Virus record (IMG/VR): IMGVR_UViG_3300037755_000497
Coordinates: 32,001-96,000 of that record
Origin: a virus
Reading direction: 5' to 3' (one strand)
Length of the DNA stretch: 64,000 bases
Shown: positions 58,448-64,000 of the stretch, piece by piece
Layout: every line of letters begins with the position of its first letter
Position numbering within the stretch: the first letter of the stretch is position 1
The notes under the pieces: model-generated
The model's input: only the letters and a program-made list of their open reading frames with translations
Databases searched by the model: none
What the model was told of the DNA's origin: nothing
Translations under genes and position numbers: made by a program

Positions 58448-59755
58448 TTAGTTTAATCCGATGTTGATACCAAGAACACAAGCATCAGTTTCTTCCATTT
58501 GAACAGCAACCCTTGCGGTCATTGCAAATTCAGTTACAGAAGAATAGATATTTCTATCTTTTTCAACTTGAATATCACGGCCAATACCTAGAATCATGTT
58601 TCTGAATTCTGTTAACCACATTTGAGATTGTGATAGGTAAGAAATCTTAACATCACTTGGTGAAGATAAAGCACCGCCACCGTTTCTTGCGATTGTCCCA
58701 GCTGCATAATCCATGTCATAGTCAACGCCTTCAACGTAAGGTGTAACTGGTGAAAGTGGGTTATCATCAATTGATTGAAGAACAACAGTTTCGCCACCAA
58801 CAACTAGGTTCTTGTGATCTAGGGCAACAGGTGTTGTACCAGTCAAAGTAACGTGTTGAGTGATAAGCGGTGTCTGTGGTAACAATGCTAAAGGAACAAG
58901 TTCAATACCAAATGGCATTAAATTCATTTCAGAAGTAGCGGCTTGGTCACCAAGTCCTGTTGCACGTGCAGCAAGATTGTTTCTGAAAAGTTGTTCAGTT
59001 GTATCAGAGATAAAGAATTTAAGATTTCTCTTATTCTTCTTAAACTTAGATGGCATTTCAACAATCATGTCACTAAATACTTGGTGACTGATGTTTTGCC
59101 CATCATGGTCAACAACGTGAGATTGTCCAGCAAGTTTTAACCAACCATCTTGAAGCTTAAGATATGTATCAACGATAACATCAGTAGGTGAACCACCATC
59201 AACTAAGTCACCTTCTGGAACAACAGCACCTAACTTGTCACCTTGAATGTAAAGTTCTTCAAGGTCGTTAGACATTTGTGTTGCCATCAAACGCATAATT
59301 GTATCTTCAACTCTTTCGCCTTCCAAGTTTTCCATTACGAATTCATCAGAAAGTTCCCATGGAACCATGATTTCTTCTGGTTGCAATGTAACTTTTGAGA
59401 AGTTAGCTTTTCTTCTAACACCTGGGTCTTTAGCTTCTTTCTTAGCTACGGCAACACGTCTACCAACACCAATTTTGTCGATGTCTAGTTTGTCGTTTCT
59501 GAAACGTACAACACGTGTTTTACCTTTAAGACCAGTTACATCAATAACGAAATCAATGAACATGTCAGCTTGCGCATCATTCAATCTACCAGCGGCCGCA
59601 ATATCAGCTGTAGTTATGGCCGCCTTTTGAAGAATTTCTTCATTCGACATACCTTTTTCTAATTCTTTGTCTTCTGCTACTGCTTTTTTCAATTCAGCAT
59701 TTTCAGTTTCAAGTGCCTTCAATCTTTCTTCAACAGTCAATTCCTTCTTAGCCAT
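58448..59755 (-). CDS. Major capsid protein (HK97 fold) with an inserted domain
   Basis: GRLNDAQADMFID, IDKIGVG, ENLEGE, SNDLEEL..QGD, DGWLK, MPSKFK, NMILG..RDI. Confidence 0.9.
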   Translation of the reverse strand: MAKKELTVEERLKALETENAELKKAVAEDKELEKGMSNEEILQKAAITTADIAAAGRLNDAQADMFIDFVIDVTGLKGKTRVVRFRNDKLDIDKIGVGRRVAVAKKEAKDPGVRRKANFSKVTLQPEEIMVPWELSDEFVMENLEGERVEDTIMRLMATQMSNDLEELYIQGDKLGAVVPEGDLVDGGSPTDVIVDTYLKLQDGWLKLAGQSHVVDHDGQNISHQVFSDMIVEMPSKFKKNKRNLKFFISDTTEQLFRNNLAARATGLGDQAATSEMNLMPFGIELVPLALLPQTPLITQHVTLTGTTPVALDHKNLVVGGETVVLQSIDDNPLSPVTPYVEGVDYDMDYAAGTIARNGGGALSSPSDVKISYLSQSQMWLTEFRNMILGIGRDIQVEKDRNIYSSVTEFAMTARVAVQMEETDACVLGINIGLN

Positions 59756-59788
59756 TTTTTCCTTCCTTTGTGTTTTTCCGTAAGTTTA

Positions 59789-59805
59789 GTTATACAATGT
59801 TATAC
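59789..59805. promoter_or_regulatory. GTTATAC-AAT-GTTATAC element
   Basis: Upstream of the major capsid gene. Confidence 0.75.
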
Positions 59806-59828
59806 ATTAATATTAAAAAGTTAAAGGT

Positions 59829-61178
59829 TTATTTTCTCTTTAAGTTACGCTGTTTCCTTTGGATATTTTTTGAAATATCAGAAAGGCCAACAAGATTACT
59901 AAAAACAGATTCACCTTTTTCAACTTCATCATCAGCATCAGATTCTTCTTCATCATCATCGCCTAGATTGAAACTAGCACCCCCTGATTGCTCGATGTCT
60001 TCAAGTTTGGTGTTTATTTTTTCCAGTTTTGAATCAATGTCTTCCTTAAAGCTGGAAGAAGAAGTTTTTAATTCTTCTTTAATTTCTTCCTTAAAGCTAT
60101 CAAGTGACTTTTGAAGTTCGGTCATGGCACTTTTTGTCACGCCTTTTCTTGAATCATTGTTTAAAACAGATTCAATAAGTTCGGACAATTTACCTGCGAT
60201 TTCACGCAATACGGCCATTCTTTTACCAGAAATTTTTGCACCAGCCTTTTCAACATCTTGACGAACAGACTTGATACTATCATTAATGCTTGTAAAAATT
60301 GATTCTTGTTCTTTAGCTTTTTCGCTGTCACCTTCTTCTTTTCTTTCGGCCATCATTGCCATAAGCATGTCGATGGATGCAAAAGTAAGAGATACAACTT
60401 CATTCAATGCACCAGCTGCAAAATCATGTAGCTCTAAACTTCTTTCAAGCATACCCGAAACATCTTCAAGATTTTTTTCTAGCTTAACAACTCTTTTAGA
60501 AAGTTCATCATTATCCAATTCTGAATCATCTTCACTTTCATCTTCTTCACTGGTTGCAGTACCAGCTGCTTTATTTTTTCCTGATTCGTCTTCATCTTCT
60601 GAATCTTCATCATCAGCGTCTTCTTCATCGCCTTCTTCTGATTCGTCTTCATCTTCTGAATCTTCATCATCTTTTTTGTCTTTATCTTTGCCTTCATCAT
60701 CAGCTTCTTCTTCTGATTCGTCTTCATCTTCTGAATCTTCATCAGCTTTTGTTACTTCGTGAAGTTTTACATCTGGGTAAGATTCTTTGAATTTTTCAAT
60801 GTCAAAACTAAATGTACAACATTGATCGAAAACACCTTTTTCAAAATGTTCTAAAGCACATCCAATACAAACGCTATTCCTTAGTCCAGCACCCATTGTT
60901 TCAGCTTCCACTTCTTTAGTTATCCCACAAAAGTGACAGTGTTCACCACACTTGTCTGAATCAGCTTTCGCAATTTTTTCAGACCACTTAGGCATAGCTT
61001 TAATAAGTGGTAATTTTTTTACTTTGGCCACTTTTGCCCCCTTTTTATTGTTTTTATTAACACTTTTTGTTATATAGAATGATTCACCAATAGCCGCCAT
61101 ATCAACAGCTGATACTTCATCAACTTCTAAATCAAAGATTTCCTTTACACCCTTCTGAACTTTTTTTGTCTTAGCCAT
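59829..61178 (-). CDS. Capsid scaffold-like protein with acidic repeats and a Cys cluster
   Basis: Between protease and MCP; coiled-coil; SEDEDES x3; N-terminal DLEVDEVSAVDMAA. Confidence 0.7.
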   Translation of the reverse strand: MAKTKKVQKGVKEIFDLEVDEVSAVDMAAIGESFYITKSVNKNNKKGAKVAKVKKLPLIKAMPKWSEKIAKADSDKCGEHCHFCGITKEVEAETMGAGLRNSVCIGCALEHFEKGVFDQCCTFSFDIEKFKESYPDVKLHEVTKADEDSEDEDESEEEADDEGKDKDKKDDEDSEDEDESEEGDEEDADDEDSEDEDESGKNKAAGTATSEEDESEDDSELDNDELSKRVVKLEKNLEDVSGMLERSLELHDFAAGALNEVVSLTFASIDMLMAMMAERKEEGDSEKAKEQESIFTSINDSIKSVRQDVEKAGAKISGKRMAVLREIAGKLSELIESVLNNDSRKGVTKSAMTELQKSLDSFKEEIKEELKTSSSSFKEDIDSKLEKINTKLEDIEQSGGASFNLGDDDEEESDADDEVEKGESVFSNLVGLSDISKNIQRKQRNLKRK

Positions 61179-61182
61179 GATT

Positions 61183-62607
61183 TTATTCCTTACCTGTTAC
61201 GGGTCTTGATTTTGCACGTCCACCAATAGAGAAACCAGTTATTTTCCCAGTCTTAACCAGTGCCCAAACTTCATCATCAAAAACCTTCATGGTCATTACC
61301 CATGTACCTTTTTTAATATTCCTACCATTCATATCAAATTCTACTGGTGCAATAAATGTTTCGACAACGGCCATCTTCCTGGAAAAGTCCATGTGTTGGA
61401 ACCCAGTTTCACCAGCTTTATCAACAACGCCAAAACCTAATGACTTTAAAAAATCAGGGTCATCTTTAAAAGCTAACTTAACCATGTATCCATGTGCAGC
61501 TTTTTCAATTTCTGGTGAAGAAATAATATCGTCTTGAAGGTCAATATTATCAGGGATTAAAACAGGGCCAGTCATCAATCTTTTTTCGTCATTCTTTTGG
61601 ATAACATCATATCTTAGTGCGAATGATTTATTAAGTTCTTCTTTGAAGTTTTCTACATCATAATGTGACATAGCTTTTTTAAATTTGTCCTTCAAACTCA
61701 TTTGTTGTTCCCCTTCATCCTGTTCAACATCAGTCATTTCATCTATTGTTCCAGATGCTACGACATTATCATTTTGTGGTTCTTCTTTTTCGGCCATGAA
61801 CCCAATAACAGCTTCAACACCTTCGGTTATTCTGATTCTCTGTAATGTACTTTCTTCAAATGCATCACGTGACATAACTTGAAATGTAAAAATTCCTTGT
61901 TCTGGTAAAACTTGCGAAGACTTGATATTCAAACCTTGGTCTAAAACAAAAATTGTTGCTTGACCAACATCAGTAAATCTTTCCCTTGAAAGGATTAAGC
62001 TTTCAATTCTTAAACCTTCGCCTAGTCTTGTCATTCTTTTGATAATGATTTTTTCAACAGCTTTTGACAGAATTTCTTTGTACTGTGTTTGATTTAATTT
62101 TTTTACTAAAGCAAAATCCATTTCCATGGGGTCTTCACTTCTTTTTAAATTCAAACTTTGAAATTGTTTTACTGACTTCGCTGCATCCATCACTTCTTCG
62201 ATTAGGTCACCTGGAACCAGGCTTACATATTCTTCGTCCATGATTGGAAGAACATGTTCATGGACACCACTTAATGTTGTGGTGTTGACTTGTAATTCAT
62301 GGTAGTGGGGTTGGCCATCTTGTGTTTCAAATTGTATTGGGCCATCTTGTGTTCTTACGGTAACAACATGTTTATGCCTTTCCAATTCTGGGCCAACTGT
62401 GTTTGTTGATGGGTCGAATTTATGTTGATGTTCACCGCTAAGGTCAGTCATTAAAATTCTGTCGTTAACAAAATATATGTGCTTATGTCTTCCATCATAA
62501 TCTGTTTTTCTAGCAGTAAGAATTAGCTTGTGGGCATGTGCCCCACCTTCACCTACTGTTTTGATAATTGTTTTCGCCATTAGGTTTTTCGTCCTTAAAA
62601 ACTTCAA
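61183..62607 (-). CDS. XkdF-type prohead serine protease with His-rich N-terminal region
   Basis: GPVLIPDNIDLQDD, EIEKAAHGYM, QH, KKGTWVM, VKTGKITGFSIGG; start probably at 62580. Confidence 0.9.
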   Translation of the reverse strand: MKFLRTKNLMAKTIIKTVGEGGAHAHKLILTARKTDYDGRHKHIYFVNDRILMTDLSGEHQHKFDPSTNTVGPELERHKHVVTVRTQDGPIQFETQDGQPHYHELQVNTTTLSGVHEHVLPIMDEEYVSLVPGDLIEEVMDAAKSVKQFQSLNLKRSEDPMEMDFALVKKLNQTQYKEILSKAVEKIIIKRMTRLGEGLRIESLILSRERFTDVGQATIFVLDQGLNIKSSQVLPEQGIFTFQVMSRDAFEESTLQRIRITEGVEAVIGFMAEKEEPQNDNVVASGTIDEMTDVEQDEGEQQMSLKDKFKKAMSHYDVENFKEELNKSFALRYDVIQKNDEKRLMTGPVLIPDNIDLQDDIISSPEIEKAAHGYMVKLAFKDDPDFLKSLGFGVVDKAGETGFQHMDFSRKMAVVETFIAPVEFDMNGRNIKKGTWVMTMKVFDDEVWALVKTGKITGFSIGGRAKSRPVTGKE

Positions 62608-62629
62608 AAATAATTGTCAGTTCTATTAT

Positions 62630-62646
62630 GTTATACTTTGTTATAC
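62630..62646. promoter_or_regulatory. GTTATAC-TTT-GTTATAC element
   Basis: Upstream of the protease gene. Confidence 0.75.
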
Positions 62647-62699
62647 ATTTAAAGCAAATTTTTTTTTAAATTACCATACTAAAATTGTTTGGCGTTGCA

Positions 62700-62909
62700 T
62701 TAACTTACTTGTTTAAAAGTGTTATATTTTTGGCCTTCTTCTACCAATTGGAATGAACCTTTACCCCAACCAATTCTTTCACCATTGGGCACATACCCCA
62801 TTGTGATTACCTGTCCACGTTCTTGGATTAGATCAACAGGGTGTATTTCAACTTCACCGTTCAAGTATATTACCTTGGCCCTGTGTTTTTTGACTGTTGA
62901 TTCTTCCAT
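62700..62909 (-). CDS. Hypothetical protein
   Basis: ORF with AAGGGG RBS. Confidence 0.6.
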   Translation of the reverse strand: MEESTVKKHRAKVIYLNGEVEIHPVDLIQERGQVITMGYVPNGERIGWGKGSFQLVEEGQKYNTFKQVS

Positions 62910-62918
62910 ATTCCCCTT

Positions 62919-64000
62919 TTAAGCTGGTTGAAGTTCTGACCTACAATTTGTACCCCAGACTACCTTTCCATTGCGTCTAACAAGCATTATATGGTTTTTC
63001 TTCAATTCTAAGTCATATACAATACCATTATATGGCACTCTTTTCACTATCCTAGGCACCCTAAATTCAGAGTTTATTTCGGTGATTTTATGCCCATCAT
63101 AGTTAATTGTATAAATTCCATTTTTAAATTGCTTCTCTACACCGGCAGATTTATCTAAATAATAGGAGCAACTTTTACCTACTTTAATCAAAAGTTCGCC
63201 TAAATCTGATGCTAATTGCGGTGATGATGTGTAGTATAATTTAGTATTTTCAAAATCACCATCTTTAAAGTTTGTACTTTCCTTAATAGAACCATCACAG
63301 CTATTAAAGGCATCTAAAAATATTCTAATATTACTTGGTGACATTTTTTTAATTATCTCCGGTACAAATTTTTCATGCGAATGCCCAAATTGTTCACAGT
63401 ATTCACCAACACGGGTATCATAAATATGCAGTTTTTCTGTTGTCCTTGTTACGTTTTTGAATCCCATTAGTTTTAATCTTTCAAACATTTTTTCTGAACC
63501 TATTTGTTGTGCAATATTAGCATACCTAGATTCACTACCATAACCTGTACTTCTTGTTGAACCATCTGATAGGTAATACCCCATAAATTCACAGAAATAT
63601 TGTGGCTTCATTTCTAGGCCACAAACATCAACTGTTCCTATATTCCCACCCTCCCATTTGGACGATAAATATAATTTAGCTTCTTTACCAGCTTTCAAAA
63701 ATGAATCCATTTCACAGTAAAATTTACTTAGGTTCCTACCACTCTTACCGTTATCAACACGTTTAAAATAAAACATCATATGATCTGGTGTAACCATCAT
63801 ATCCAAAGATTTTTGGTTATTAGTTAAGTGAACCATTTCACCGCTGAATGGGTATTCTTGTTTCAACCTAAAATCTGTATACTCTGGTATTAATGTATCT
63901 GGGTTAAGACTAAATATCTTATCTAATGGTTCAACATCCTTAAATAATTTCCACCCAGTATTTGTTAACACTTCTGTTATGTCATCATAACATCTTCCAT
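62919..64000 (-). CDS. MuF/SPP1 gp7-like minor head protein, 3' end, intein-containing (partial)
   Basis: Exteins join as (H)GR|CRSELQPA*, matching the MuF C-terminal HxxCR motif; position upstream of the protease. Confidence 0.75.
   Translation of the reverse strand, partial: GRCYDDITEVLTNTGWKLFKDVEPLDKIFSLNPDTLIPEYTDFRLKQEYPFSGEMVHLTNNQKSLDMMVTPDHMMFYFKRVDNGKSGRNLSKFYCEMDSFLKAGKEAKLYLSSKWEGGNIGTVDVCGLEMKPQYFCEFMGYYLSDGSTRSTGYGSESRYANIAQQIGSEKMFERLKLMGFKNVTRTTEKLHIYDTRVGEYCEQFGHSHEKFVPEIIKKMSPSNIRIFLDAFNSCDGSIKESTNFKDGDFENTKLYYTSSPQLASDLGELLIKVGKSCSYYLDKSAGVEKQFKNGIYTINYDGHKITEINSEFRVPRIVKRVPYNGIVYDLELKKNHIMLVRRNGKVVWGTNCRSELQPA
62946..63992 (-). mobile_element. Intein (349 aa) with LAGLIDADG endonuclease
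   Basis: CYDDITEVLTNTGWK, VTPDHMM, FMGYYLSDG, FLDAFNSCDG, YNGIVYDL..NH...GTN|C. Confidence 0.92.

Noticed and set aside
1-64000. Alternative genetic code, tRNA/rRNA genes, integrase, restriction-site avoidance
   Set aside because: TAA, TAG and TGA all end intact genes at tight junctions; no tRNA, rRNA or integrase was recognised; k-mer avoidance cannot be quantified by eye.

Overview
This 64-kb AT-rich window is part of a large tailed dsDNA phage genome with a contractile tail (myovirus-type). Almost all genes lie on the minus strand. In transcription order (right to left) there are four blocks. (1) Head: MuF-like minor head protein with an intein (cut by the window edge), XkdF-type prohead protease, acidic scaffold, major capsid protein. 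(2) Neck, tail and baseplate: sheath, tube, frameshifted assembly chaperones, tape measure, hub, spike, gp25-like, J, I and a run of fibre/adhesin genes. (3) A dispersed lysis module. (4) After a lone plus-strand regulator and an iteron-rich putative origin, a replication/recombination operon: SF2 helicase, histone, acidic protein, primase-helicase, UDG-fused PolA, UvsY-like, gp32-like SSB, UvrD, 5'-3' exonuclease and an intein-containing RecA (cut by the edge). The most striking candidate system is a possible phage 'chromatin' module. A 63-aa bacterial-type histone is immediately followed by a protein with a ~130-residue Asp/Glu tract, a Zn ribbon and a helix-extension-helix-like motif (histone-chaperone-like). 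An SSB carries a similar acidic tract and an identical 35-bp translation start region, and many replication proteins have Lys-rich tails. Also notable: a GTATAAC-N3-GTATAAC element at six intergenic sites, a small RNA-like fold with two CsrA-consensus hairpins, and a prohead protease apparently split across two genes. Several cues suggest a Bdellovibrionota-like host (inference). All family assignments come from recognising motifs by eye; no searches were run.
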